Shown here: in pieces, positions 33,679 to 46,695 of the stretch
Position numbering within the stretch: position 1 is the stretch's first letter
Layout: every line of letters begins with the position of its first letter
NCBI RefSeq assembly: GCF_964188315.1
Contig: NC_135667.1
Coordinates: forward strand, 25,730,001-25,794,000
Direction: 5' to 3'
Length of the DNA: 64,000 nucleotides
Source: Podarcis muralis
Lineage: Eukaryota
The notes under the pieces: model-generated
Seen by the model: only the letters and a program-made list of their open reading frames with translations
Told to the model about the DNA's origin: nothing
Database searches by the model: none
Program-made: the position numbers and the translations under genes

Positions 33679-36502
33679 CAGAAATGGATAAATGTAATGA
33701 AGCAGGTCAAGTTTGAACTCTTACTTATCTATTTACGGAAGGAGAAGCAAGCATGTAGGCATCCAGATATTGTTGGAATCCAGCTCCCATCAGCCCCAGC
33801 CAGTACTGCTGATGGTAATGGATGATGAGATTTGTAGTCCAGCAATATATGGAAATCTACAGGTTAGCCACCTGCAATTTCCCAGAGCTATTTGCCTGTT
33901 ATGGAGCATATAATGTAACAACTAAATGACAGCAGGCACAGGTAATAATTGAGAGATGTCAGGGAAGTATAGGCAGTGAAATCCAAAGAGAGAAAAGGGG
34001 TTGGGGAGAACAAATTGTTCATCAGAATTATAGAACCCAGTAAATGAGTTGGAAATTGAACTGTGGTATGGAGGGGCAGTTTGAATCTGGGGGAGGTGGG
34101 AGGAACAGCAAAGAAGCCATACAAGAATCAGAAATAATTGTAGAAACATAGCTCTGCCCCAATCCACAAAAGTCACTTTCGCCACACCCCTATCACAGAC
34201 CTTTCTCCTCAGTATCATCCATCAAGCCTGCTTTTATCACTCCTTTCCCTAATCTTGTTTGCAAGTAGACTTTGGAGCGGAAATATGATTGCTAGGAAAG
34301 AGTGACATGGAAATTAGAACATCCAGCAGAGACTCCCACAGTATTCTGGTTTGAATGTATCTGCCAGTTTAGGAGCTTGCTAATAAGAATGCTTCATCAT
34401 GGAAGGTGGACAGGGAGAAGGTTACCTGATTATGATGTTTGTTCTGGGGGGGGGGGGGGGAGAGAGGTGGTGGTGTAGAAATGATGACTGTATAGAATCA
34501 CCCGGAAGTGATTCTTAGAACTCCATCAAATCCAGGTACTGCTGCTAATTGTTCCTAGAAAGATTTTGGTCTATCATTTTCACAGGTTTCTGATAGCATA
34601 TCAGTCTATCTGAAATGTTTTAGAATTATCTCAGTTTTATTGGTGTTTAATATGAATATATTTCCATTAGTTAAGCTATATTATATTTGTATACCTTTAT
34701 TTATTTATTTTAAAAACTAACTGTTCCCATTAGTAAACATATTATATTTGGACAGCTCCATCATTTTGCTTTATTATTCAATATACAGAATTATGCATAC
34801 CTTCTATTTTTAAAATCAGTGCACACTTCACTTACCATTGCATGTTTCATGATACCTTCTTCTGTATAACTTAAATATTTTTAAAATAAACAAAGTAAGA
34901 AACCCCAGTTATTTCAATGAGTAAGTCAATGTGTTGAGATTCCTGCATTGCAGAGAGTTGGACTAGATGCTTGAGGTTTCTTTCAACTTTACAATTCTAT
35001 TATTCTTATAGCCATGTAAATAGCCATAATACCTAAATGAGAAACTTATATGGAGTGAAATTTGCAATGTTCTGAATTTTGCAGTGCAGTTCCCACATGA
35101 AGAAATGTTGACAAAAATACATACACATGTACAGTAAAATTCATACATTTGTGACATTAACATACAAAAATGCATTATATTAGGGCACATTATTTTCCAA
35201 AAATGTGTCTCTTAGGCAAAAATATATACAAACATGATGGATTTTCATGAGGACTGTTTTATAATGCAAACTGATGTGGACATGTGGGAAATGAATATAA
35301 TTAAGATTAGAAAAATGAGAAATGGAGAGAAATTGAAATGGACAGATTCATACATCCCAAATGGTGATTTAACATTTTAGCTACATATTTCTTTATGTGC
35401 AGTTACCAAATATATTGAACAGGGATGAGAGGATTTCATTCAACTTGATATTTTTGTTCTTCTGGTCCATTCTTTCCATCTTGTTTCATAGATTTAATTG
35501 GGGGAATTTTATTTCCTTTTATGAATGCATCAGGCAAAGTTCCAAACTAATGTTTAAAACTGCCATATCCATTAAAGATCCACAATGGAAAAGAGGCTCT
35601 TCTTAACCTTTTCACTTCATGACATTGTATCACTGCCCACTATGCCTCAAGCATATTTTTTCCTTCTCAGAAAAAAAAAAAATATGGAAATCCTTTTTCC
35701 AATGGCATAAAATTGTAAGGTGCATTTTCAGCAAACCAAACAGCAGGCAAGTAAAGGACTAAAGTCTATAAACTCTAAATCAAGCATAGAAAGTTAATTT
35801 TGCATTCCAGTTAACATACCTTATTTAATAATTACATTTGCAAAAGCTGGAAATAAACATTTAAAAATCCATGTGCGAATTTTTGTTAAAGCCACAAGAG
35901 GAATGAAATAAATTTGAAGGGGGGAGACTCTTTATCAGAATGTATATAGTGCAGTTATAAGAATGTCTCCTAGTAATAGTGTCTGTGTTTGAAATCTTTT
36001 CAAAAGGAAGCCAGTTTAGAGCATTAGTGGCAATGGAGACTGCCTCTCAGTTCCCTGACTCAACAGTGAAGTGGTAGACTAGGATTGAAAAACTTCAGCC
36101 CTGGAGGTCCATGGCAACCCTCCAGACATCCCTTTTTGGCTGTTGGGATTCTTCCCAGACTACACATCTCCTCATGTTGTGACCCTTCTACAAGTGTGTT
36201 TGCCTGGTTAAAATGTGATCTCAAAATATGATATTGCCTCTTAATTACTTGGATGGAGGATGGACAAATAAGTGGGAATGTGTACAACCCTCTGATTTTC
36301 AATGGCTGAAATGTAGCCTATGTGCAAAGGTAAAGAACACATCTATTGTTTCATTCAGTTTGGGGTCGGTCCTCCCCATCACTGAAATGTGGCTAAGAAA
36401 GATCCACTAGATCTAATGCAGATGAAATTAATATATATCAATGGTGAAGTCCACACATGAAGTCAGTGATAGTGAGAAGGTTTCCCCTTTCCTCTAAAAA
36501 AT

Positions 36503-37456
36503 TTAATAAGTTCTCTGAAACATCTGGAATGATTTTTTAATTGCTTCCTTTACCTCTTTGTTCCTCAAGCTGTACACAAGGGGATTGACTAGTGGGGTGA
36601 GCAAAGTGTAGAACAGAGAAAAGAGTTTCTTCAAGTCACTCAGTAAACTGATATTTGGTAAGACATAGACTATCATCAGGGAGCCATAGAAGCAAGCAAC
36701 CACAGTCAAGTGAGAGGAGCATGTAGAGAATGCCTTTTGTTTACCAGTGGTGGATGGGATTCTTAAAATGCTCTTGATGATGAAAATGTAAGATGTCACA
36801 GTTATGATAAAGGGTGCCAGTGTACCTATGAAGGATATTATGAAGGCTGTAGTTTCAACCAGATTGGTATCATTGCATGAAAGTCTTATCATTGGGATCA
36901 AATCACAGAAGAAATGATTGATTTTGTTGGGTCCACAGAATTGCAGCTGAGATACCAAAAATATTATGAGACTGATAAACAGTGACCCACTGATCCATGA
37001 TCCAGCAATAAGCATGATACAAATTCTTCCATTCATGAGCATTACATAATGCAACGGTTTGCAAATGGCTAAGTAACGATCATAAGACATCACTGCTAGA
37101 AAGTAACATTCTGTAGTTGCGAGATAACCAAAGAAATATAGCTGGGCAAAGCATCCATTAATAGAAATGGTTCTGTCCCCAGTCAGAAAACTGACCAGCA
37201 TCCTTGGCATGATGGTTGAGCTGTAGCAAGTCTCCAGGCATGACAGGTTTCCCAGGAAGAAATACATGGGTGTGTGAAGATGCTGATTGAGGACTACTAG
37301 AATAATAATGAGAATGTTTCCAGCCATTGTCACAAGGTAGATAGGAAGAAAAAGTATGGAAAACAATGTCTGTAAGTCCTCACTATTAAAGTCCAAGAGG
37401 ATGAATGCCACAGGAGCTGTTTGGTTTTCCTCTTTTGTGTTGACATTCAGTTTCAT
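36503..37456 (-). CDS. Olfactory receptor, OR11A1/OR6-like (317 aa)
   Basis: LHTPMYFFLGNLSCLE, MSYDRYLAICKPLHY, KAFSTCSSHL and PLVNPLVYSLRN. Confidence 0.97.
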   Translation of the reverse strand: MKLNVNTKEENQTAPVAFILLDFNSEDLQTLFSILFLPIYLVTMAGNILIIILVVLNQHLHTPMYFFLGNLSCLETCYSSTIMPRMLVSFLTGDRTISINGCFAQLYFFGYLATTECYFLAVMSYDRYLAICKPLHYVMLMNGRICIMLIAGSWISGSLFISLIIFLVSQLQFCGPNKINHFFCDLIPMIRLSCNDTNLVETTAFIISFIGTLAPFIITVTSYIFIIKSILRIPSTTGKQKAFSTCSSHLTVVACFYGSLMIVYVLPNISLLSDLKKLFSLFYTLLTPLVNPLVYSLRNKEVKEAIKKSFQMFQRTY

Positions 37457-38360
37457 CTAAGTAATATCAGATAATATTAATGAATATTTAGGTTTGAATA
37501 TGTGATTGAGAAGTTACAGCCTGTTAGCTGTATCTAGATCAAACATGATGAAATCAATGGACTTTTTATTATTATATTAACCTTTTATTGTTTTCTCTCC
37601 ATGAAGTGCAAGGTAATACACATTCTTCTCCCACCAGCTTCTGTCCTCACCTTGTGAGGTTAGGATAAGGGGAAGCAAGGATTTGAAACTGGATTTCCCT
37701 AGGCATGATGTTCTAATCACTACTCCATTCTGGATTTCAAGACTAACTTAAGCCCCATTGATTTAAAAAATCCAGCAATGATTTCTGGTGTATATCTATG
37801 AAAGTTAAGCAACCCACCATAACTCTTTTTAACTATGTTATGAAACTAAGAATGCTTTACATGTAAGTTCTTTTCTAAAGTTTCTAACAGTGATGGGCCA
37901 CTATGGCTCTACTTATGTTATTGGACTACAAGTACCATTACTCTTGACCATTGACCATGATGACAATGTATAGTGAGAGCTGGAGTCCAAAATCTGGTTT
38001 GCAGTATTATTATTTTTTCAAAAGAATTGTTGTTCCAGTAAAAATCTGTAGCTTGATCATTTTCCTAGGCCTGCTTTACACATACTGAAGTTCTCTCAGG
38101 AACTCAGGAAGTTACTAGCCAGCTCATCCTTGCATGGCAAAGAGGAGGAACAAAATGTATAGTCACAAATATTTGACTAGAAATCCTGTCTACTACGATT
38201 TACACCCTACTGAACTTAGTGTGGCTGGCTCTCAAACATAGTGTTTATAGGATTACAATCTTAAAAGACTGAAAGCTGTTATGTTACCATAGATATATCA
38301 ATCTAAAATGTAGAATCCAAAAAGAAGTTATTTAAGTGATGATATCTGGATAACATGGCA

Positions 38361-38702
38361 GGGACACGGGTGGCGCTGTGGGTAAAACCTCAGTGCCTAG
38401 GGCTTGCCGATCGCATGGTCGGCGGTTCGAATCCCCGCGGCGGGGTGCGCTCCCGTTGCTCGGTCCCAGCGCCTGCCAACCTAGCAGTTCGAAAGCACCC
38501 CCGGGTGCAAGTAGATAAATAGGGACTGCTTACTAGCAGGAAGGTAAACGGCGTTTCCGTGTGCTGCTCGTCACGCTGGCCACGTGACCCGGAAGTGTCT
38601 CTGGACAGCGCTGGCCCCCAGCCTCTTAAGTGAGATGGGCGCACAACCCTAGAGTCGGACACGACTGGCCCGTACGGGCAGGGGTATCTTTACCTTTACC
38701 TT
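38361..38702 (+). mobile_element. Sauria SINE, full length, young
   Basis: tRNA-derived head GGGACACGGGTGGCGCTG, B box GGTTCGAATCC (38424-38434), (ACCTTT)n tail and a 14-bp TSD TATCTGGATAACAT (38343-38356, 38703-38716). Confidence 0.92.
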
Positions 38703-40056
38703 TATCTGGATAACATAATTAGATTTTTCTTTCGTATACATGAATTCAGAACAAAATGCATTATATCAATCAAGAGACATAGGGGACTCCAACAGGCATA
38801 TTTTAGGGTTTGCAGAACAAATAACAGCTAGATTGCTTTTAGGGCCACTGTGAATGGGGTCAGGTGTGAAATGGCAAGTCCTAAATCTTAAATCCAATAA
38901 GTGGGCTGCTGACAAGCCAAAAAGTAACATGTCCCACTACAATGACAACTCTTTCAGCTCTGCCTTAGCAGTTGTGGGTGATAGATCCCTCATTACATGA
39001 TTCCAGTGTACAAGAGACTGGATTTGCCTATTATATTTTCATACTCATTTTCAGATCTTTTACATTAAACTGACAGATTAATGCATTGAACTAAATGGAC
39101 ATTACAAAATCCTAAGCACTTTATTTGGATTGTGTAGCAGAGCTCCAAATTGGTGCTAAAAGCTTTATTACCATGGATCCTTACCTTAACATCAGAACAC
39201 ATTAGGTGATGAATCCCATAAAGTTCTGGATCAATCTACCTTTTCATTGAGGTATTCAGCACACATCTGCTCTCAAATGTAAATTGCATGGATGTCATCC
39301 TATTACCGACAATCCCTCAAAACATCCATCTAGAAAATGTCCTTGCATGTTTGACAATTCTCTGTTTATATTGAAAATATGAATGTCTCTTCTTGGTTAA
39401 TGTCATCCATTGCCAAATATATCTTATATAAAGTTATATAATGCACCTGAAAAGTCTCGCTGATAAATGGAAGAAACATTTCAAAATCATTTGGGAAATC
39501 ACCGACTCCCCCCTGATCAGTGGGTTACCTTAATGATTGCAAATTCTCTGTAGTTTTCCCCCCCTGAGGTCAAGAGCTATGAAGAAATTCACTAGAAAAA
39601 TAATCCCTGCCAGTAAATCTTGCGTTCAGAACTCTATATGATTTTGTATATTTTCCCACTTTTCCTTTATTTTGCAAGTTGCAAATCCATCTACCAGCAC
39701 TGAGATCGCCACTCAACCCAGGTTGTTATAATGAAGACAGTGAATACATTCTAGTGTAATGCATGTTAGCAATTCCTGGGAAACATGTCATGTCTGGAGC
39801 CTTGCTCATACTTCTGCTTGCTTTTAATGAACTTCTTCACCACACCTAGCTTTGAGATGAGTCAATCCTCACTTCATTAACTTTGTCTTTTAAGTGCCTA
39901 AAGACTCTTTGCAATGTTTTCCTGAAAAAAAGACTAACAGGCCTCTGCAAAATTAATTAACACTGAAATGGACACACAGGAAGGTAATTTATTTGTAAAT
40001 ATTTGTTAAACCATCATTTGATGGCTGATATATGAACTTTTACTGTGTGCTATAAT

Positions 40057-40413
40057 CAGTGCTTTTTTCTAGGGGTACGCATACCCCTAAACATTTTGTG
40101 AATCTTTGTACAGTGGACCCTCTGGATACGAATTAAATTTCTCCCGGGGGTCTGTCTGCAACCCGAAAAGTCCATAGGCAGAGGCGCCACTTCTGCGTAT
40201 GCGTGCATGGCAAAAGCCGGAAGCATACACTTCCGGGTTTGCCGCATACATAACCCGAAAGTTATGTATCCAGAGCAGTATGTAACTAGAGGGTCCACTG
40301 TACTTTTGTCCATTTACTTTATTTATTTCCCTTGATTTGAACTATAAAATGGTGCTTTTCTTGAGTCAAAATGAGAGTACCCCAAAACATTTTTTTAGAC
40401 AAAAAAAGTGCAG
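40057..40413. mobile_element. hAT MITE carrying a nested Tigger-like MITE
   Basis: 8-bp TSD GCTATAAT (40049-40056, 40414-40421). Left TIR CAGTGCTTTTTT; the right TIR is degenerate. Confidence 0.8.
40111..40300. mobile_element. Tigger/pogo-like MITE (nested)
   Basis: TIRs CAGTGGACCCTC / GAGGGTCCACTG with TA duplication. Confidence 0.88.
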
Positions 40414-41278
40414 GCTATAATACATTCTTTTAAAGCAAGGTGAGGAACCTCAGGCCATGTTTGCTCTCTAAGCTCCAGGCACACTTTCCCTCCAGGTCAT
40501 ACCCTTCACTTGTTCTGCTTCATACTCTCCTCCAGTTCCTGGAAGGAACTCTAATAAAGCCCCTTGCTTGCTGGGTTTGAGAGATGTCCATGAAGAAACA
40601 TCTGGCATTTATGAAAAAAGTTTCCCCGCTTTAGTTTTAAAAAATGAATAGCCAATGTGGCTGGTACTTAGAACAATAGGAACACAGAAATATAAAGTTG
40701 GAAGGGGACCGAATGTTGGAGGGTCATCTAATCCAGCCCCCTGGAGTGCAGGAATCTTTTGCCCCATTGTTTGAATGCCAACAGGAAGCTTAACTAAATA
40801 ACAATTAAAAAGAGACTACTTTCCAGGGTCCTGTGTCCAAAGTGTAGACTAATACAAAATATATAAAAAGTTTCTTTATTAAACACCAGACACCAGAAAC
40901 ATTCATACTGAGGATATAGAATGGTATCTACTTGATTTCTTATTATACAGTTTCCCCCATTTCTCCCTAAATTTCAATGAATTCTATGAAACACCTTGAA
41001 CACTTTTTTTCTTGTCGTGTGCTTTATGCCATTGTTCTTCAAACTGCATATAAGGGGTTTACCAAATGGTCTAAGGCATATATTGTGGTTGGAAGAATGC
41101 CTCCTGATAGTTGTGTCAGTGTTTAATGTCTTTCCAACTTGAGTGTCAACAAGAGCTACAAAGAAGACAATTTTCCAGGATCCTGCCTCTAAAATTATGA
41201 TTTAACAACATGCATTAATATCACTTCCTTTATTAGTCAGCATAAAGCATTCACATTCTGAAGGTAGAAAAATTTTCC

Positions 41279-42235
41279 TTAATGATAATGCCTCTGAAGC
41301 ATCTTGCATGTTTTTTTAATTGCTTCCTTTACCTCTTTGTTCCTCAAGCTGTACACAAGGGGATTGACTAGTGGGGTGAGCAAAGTGTAGAACAGAGAAA
41401 AGAATTTCTTCAAGTCACTCAGTGAACTCATGTTTGGTAAGACATAGACTATCATCAGGGAGCCATAGAAGCAAGCAACCACAGTCAAGTGAGAGGAGCA
41501 TGTAGAGAATGCCTTTTGTTTACCAGTGGTGGATGGGATTCTTAAAATGTTTTTGATAATGTAAACATAAGATGACACAGTTATGACAAAGGGTGCCAGA
41601 GTACCTATGGAGGATAGTATGAAGGTTGTAGTTTCAATCAAATCAGTCTCATTACAGGAAAGTCTTACCATGGGGGTGAAATCACAGAAGAAATGGTTGA
41701 TTTTGTTGGGTCCACAGAAATTCAGTTGAGACATGAAGAATATTATTGGACTCATTGCCAGACACGCAATGATCCATGGTCCAACAATCAGCAGAATGCA
41801 GATTCTGTCATTCATAAGTATTGTGTAATGCAGTGGTTTGCATATTGCTAAATAGCGATCATATGACATCACTGCTAGTAAGTAACATTCTGCAGCTGCA
41901 AGAGACCCAAAGAAATACAGTTGTGTAAAGCACCCTTTAATAGAAATAGTACTGTCTCCAGTCAGAAAACTGACCAGCATCCTTGGCATGATGGTTGAGC
42001 TGTAACAGGTCTCCAGGCAGGACAGGTTTCCCAGGAAGAAATACATGGGTGTGTGAAGGTGTTGATCAGTAACCACTAAAATAATAATGAGGATGTTCCC
42101 AGCCATGGTGACAAGGTAGATAGTTAGGAACAGTATGGAAAATAACATCTGTAGGTCATCATTGTTAAAATCTAACAGAATAAATGCCACAGGAGCTGTC
42201 TGATTTTCTTCTTTCTCATTGACAGTCAAGTGCAT
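41279..42235 (-). CDS. Olfactory receptor, OR11A1/OR6-like (318 aa)
   Basis: Intact ORF with all OR motifs. Confidence 0.97.
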   Translation of the reverse strand: MHLTVNEKEENQTAPVAFILLDFNNDDLQMLFSILFLTIYLVTMAGNILIIILVVTDQHLHTPMYFFLGNLSCLETCYSSTIMPRMLVSFLTGDSTISIKGCFTQLYFFGSLAAAECYLLAVMSYDRYLAICKPLHYTILMNDRICILLIVGPWIIACLAMSPIIFFMSQLNFCGPNKINHFFCDFTPMVRLSCNETDLIETTTFILSSIGTLAPFVITVSSYVYIIKNILRIPSTTGKQKAFSTCSSHLTVVACFYGSLMIVYVLPNMSSLSDLKKFFSLFYTLLTPLVNPLVYSLRNKEVKEAIKKTCKMLQRHYH

Positions 42236-42871
42236 CTAAGGGATAATAGATAGCAATTAGGCATGAATATTTGTTTCCTCAGGATCTTCAGAAGATTAGT
42301 TTATGACTTAGAGCAGACTGATTGAAATATATCGCTTTAACTCCAAGGAGTACAGCTGCACTCTTACACTAACCACCACAACATTCTGTGTCTCATGACC
42401 AACTTTCCCCCCTTTATTTCAAAGGCTCTATTTTTGTTTTGTGAGTATATCCAGTATTAACTAGGAAAAATTAAACAAGAAATCTTTTGCCAGAATATAT
42501 TGCAAAATTCAGTATGACAATAAAATAATGTGTGTATGTGAAAGAAGTGGGTGCAACAGATGTGGGGAGCCTGCGGCTGTCCATTTGGGATTCGGCATTT
42601 ATTCATGATGGCCACAGATTCCAAATTCCTGGTTTTCATTGGTCTAATTGTTTTGCTTTAGTTACAATAAAGCTCATTCCGTTTAGTCTCTCAGGAGCTC
42701 ACACACTTACTCCCTAGTAGTGATGTTGGAAGATTCTGTTGAACACAAAAAATCAAGCGCATTTCCTTATGTTGAGCCCATCTGACCCCCCAAAATGTTT
42801 GCAATGATTTATTTCACCACACATCTCTACTAATATATTTTTTTAGAAATATGAACACTTTGTTTAAGGTA

Positions 42872-43504
42872 CCGTATTTTTCGCTCTATAAGACACACTT
42901 TTTCCCTCCTAAAAAGTAAGGGGAAATGTGTGTGTGTCTTATGGAGGAAATGTAGGCTGTGCAGCTTTCACTGAAGCCAGAACAGCAAGAGGAATTGCTG
43001 CTTTCGCTGCGCAGCGATCCCTCTTGCTATTCTGACTTCGCTTACTGGAGAGGCGCTGCGCAGAGAGGGAAAGCTGCACAGTGCCCCTTCAGCAAAGCAG
43101 GAGGCGAAATGGAGCCCCTTCTGTTTCTCCTCCCGCTTTGCTGGAGAGGCGCTGCACAGAGAGGGAGAACTGTGCAGCGCCCCTTGTCTAATCCCCTTTT
43201 GAAGTCACCCAAGTTAGTAGCTGTCGCTCAGTCTTGTAGCAAGTTCTGTCTTTTAACCATACATTGTGCAAAGTTCTTCTTTTTGTCTGTCCTGATCTCC
43301 TACCTAGCCGCTTCCTTGGATGTGTGTGGGGCGGGGTGGTGATATAAGTATCTTCAAGGTTCAGGGTATCCTGATGAAACCCTTCGGTTGTTTATTAAAT
43401 AGTTTAGTACAACATTTGATTCAGAATATTTTTTTCTTGTTTTCCTCCTCTAAAAATGAGGTGTGTCTTATGGTAGGGTGCATCTTATGGAGCGAAAAAT
43501 ATGG
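42872..43504. mobile_element. Long (633-bp) member of the CCGTATTTTT MITE family
   Basis: Same TIRs and internal blocks as 3456-3714, plus extra internal sequence; TA-flanked. Confidence 0.85.
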
Positions 43505-43509
43505 TATTG

Positions 43510-43877
43510 GTAATGGTAAAAGATGGTTAAGTCCAGTCAAAGGCGACTGGGGTTTCAGTGCTCATCTCGCTTTCAGGCTGAGGGAGCTGGAGTTTGTCCA
43601 CAGACAGCTTTCCAGGTCATGTGGCCAGAATGACTAAACCACCTCTGGTGCAATGGAACACTGTGATGGAAGCCAGAGTGCACAGAAATGTCGTTTACCT
43701 TCCCACCACAGTGATACCTATTTATCCACTTGCACTGGCATGCTTTCAAACTGCTAGGTAGGCAGGAGCAGGGACAGAGCAACAGAAGCTCACCCCGTTG
43801 TGTGGATTTGAACTGCCAACTTTCTGATCAGCAAGCCCAAGAGGCTCAGTGGTTTATACTACATTACCACCCGCATC
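43510..43877 (-). mobile_element. Sauria SINE, older copy
   Basis: The reverse complement aligns with 38361-38702 (CCTACCTAGCAGTTTGAAAGCA...GTGCAAGTGGATAAATAGG...GAAGGTAAACG). Confidence 0.8.
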
Positions 43878-46695
43878 CACTTTATCCATTAATATTGCTA
43901 AGTAGTACATACTATTCCAAAAAGTAAACTACATAAAATAGAAGAATCATTTCAAAATCATCAAAAAGCCTACTGATATAAGAAAGTATTTTGTCACATG
44001 CCAAAAGGTCAATAAAGAGGGTCCCTATCTAAATCTCAGGCCAGGGGGAGTTTATGAGGCTTGGGCCTTGTAAATACATATATAAGTCTATTGGATATGG
44101 AAGAGAGAGAAGAGACTGACTGTCACCCAAGAAGATGGTGGCAGATAAAGAGGGCTTAATTCTCCACAAAATCAGATCCCTACAATGGCTGGAGCCAATG
44201 AGCTAAGCAAAAAGAATGCATATTCTATGACACATGGAGAACAATTGATTAATCAGGTGTAAATCAAAAAAGGTTGTTCCTTGTGGTGGCACTGTCAGTG
44301 ATGTGTTTTACTAGTAGTCAAAGACATTCCTGTTTGCCTAAGCATTTAATTATTTAACATTGTTGTACATTACTGTGAAACATTTTGTGAAAAGCAATAT
44401 AAAATATATAAATTAAAAATCAGATAAACAAGCAACAACAACAAAAAATACCCCATTTACTGAGAGGACAGCAAAAATAAAACCAAAGAAAGGATGGAAG
44501 AAGCACAGGATTCAACAGAGTCTTGTATCAATTCCATAATGTTTTAGACTTGAAAAGCCTATTACAATATATAGCTGAGTTACATTTTACCTTAAGACAC
44601 TGAGAGGCAACTGTGGAGGCCATCAGTGCCACAACCGGAAACATGTGATCAATAATGGAGAACCTATGTCTGTCCAGATGTAAGACAAAGGTGGGGAAAC
44701 TGTCACCTTCCACATGGACTTGTAGCCAAGCAGCATCTGTAGGGAGAGAAGTTCACCACTTCTGAGCCACAATAAAAATCACTTACACAGTGGTTGCTCT
44801 ATCAGCACACCCTCTGTATCAACTGCTCCATCCCACTACCTCAAGGTGCAATTTCCCTGTCCTAGTTTGAACATAATGCAGTAGGCAATGCTAGTTCAAT
44901 GTATCAGTGTGCCTCAGAGTACTTGATTTTCCCATAAGGAAGGGAGGGAAATAGAGTCCAAGTTGGCAGATCAATTTCTTAAGGGGCCACTAAATATATG
45001 GAATCAGATATAGAACACAAAAGTCCTAGCTGACATGCTCAAAAGACACGAATGCAATTCCATTGATGTGTCTCTCTTCAAACTTAGCAGCCATTTGATT
45101 TTTGGTCATTTGACTCCTAGTCCAAGAGAGAATAGATTGACTTATGCTATTTTAAATCTTCATTTTTACATCTTTTAACTCAAACTAGAAGCTAAATACA
45201 TAGAAAATTAAATGGGCATGAAACTATGTCCAACAACTTCATTCATATTCTGGACCAGATCACTGAATTCATGCTAAAGTGCTCCTTTCGAGGAGTTCTT
45301 ACCTTAAAGCAACAACACACTAGATGGCTGAAGAGTTGGTTTTGCTTCATCTTAGAATGCAAAGTACTTGTAAAAGAATGAAAATAAATGCACTCTCCGC
45401 TGGTCTTCAGCACACTCTATCTTTTGAATATATATTGTATCATGTATTCCATGAAAATTTGGCATTCCTCTGTAATAATGAAAAGATTATTGTCTCTGCT
45501 TGAACTGTGCAGCAATTTTTGCATATAACCAATCTATGCCTTATATAACCATCTAAATCTATCACTGCATCTGAAAAGTCTCACTGGGAAAGGAGTATGC
45601 AAGAGTAAAAAAACAAAAACAAACAACCTATCAAAATCATATGGGAAACCAAGGACTCCACAATGATTAATGAGTTTTCCGCATTCTGAGAAATCCTTTG
45701 TAGATTTCCTCAGACCAAGAGCCCTGGAGAAATCATTGCACCATCTGGACTAGGATTCAGGATTTTAGCTGATATATGTTCATTTGTTTTGTCCTTTTGT
45801 ATGTTTCAAATGTCTGGCAGCAGGGAGAGTACCACTCTGTCAATATCAGCTTTTCTCAGTCTTGGGTCCCCAGATGTTGTTGGACTACAACTCCTGGCAT
45901 CCCTGATCTCTGGTCCTGCTAGCAAAGGATGATGTCCATCAGCATCTGGAGTCCTAAGGTTATGAAACTCTGATCTAGATGTTCTAATCAGAATAGTGAT
46001 AACCATGTGCTGGTAACAAGACAAACTAGCTACAGTTTTTGTCAAGGTTGGGCATAGAAACAATTCTGAAGTTGCCTTTCCTATCCAATTACTGTTCTGC
46101 AAGCAATCCCATTTCATTTCCTTAAGAGAATTATAAGGAGATGGTGGAATGGCTTCTTAAGATGTGTATGATGTAGCAGCATTCCTGGGGAGAAGACAGA
46201 TCACATACAAAATAGGAGTACTAGGAGAAATTAATAAAATGCAGATAAAATGTTGTCGTGTTTTTTTAAAAAAATGCAAATGAATGCGGAGAGGTAGAGA
46301 CCTGAATATAAGAGTGGGGGGGGGGGGAGGTGATGAGAAAAGTAAATAAACTTAAATTGAAAGGCTCACCAATCCCATGAATGTGGGCAGTGGAATGCTG
46401 ATTTGAATAGAAAGCTTCTAAACAAAAATATATAATGTAGCTGAAAGGTTTTCTGATAGTTGTGTTAGAATTTGAATTTCTGTCAACTTAAACACAAACA
46501 GGAAGTCTACATATATGATTGCAAAACAGACTGATTTCTGGACCTTGCCTCCGAAACAAACATTGACAAAATGCATTAAGATTTCTTTCTTTATTTTAAT
46601 AGCTTAAAACATCAACATCATGGAAACAAAGAGGTTTCCACCTTGTTTCCCACACTTTAGAGGTAAAAGAGTTATCCTGGTTTTTCTTCTGAATT

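Noticed and set aside
38361-38440. tRNA-like sequence with A/B boxes
   Set aside because: It is the head of a Sauria SINE, with no complete cloverleaf.
42959-43342. 127-aa ORF, and similar ORFs at 3436-3717, 53062-53373 and 40056-40313
   Set aside because: They lie within GC-rich MITEs and show no transposase motifs.
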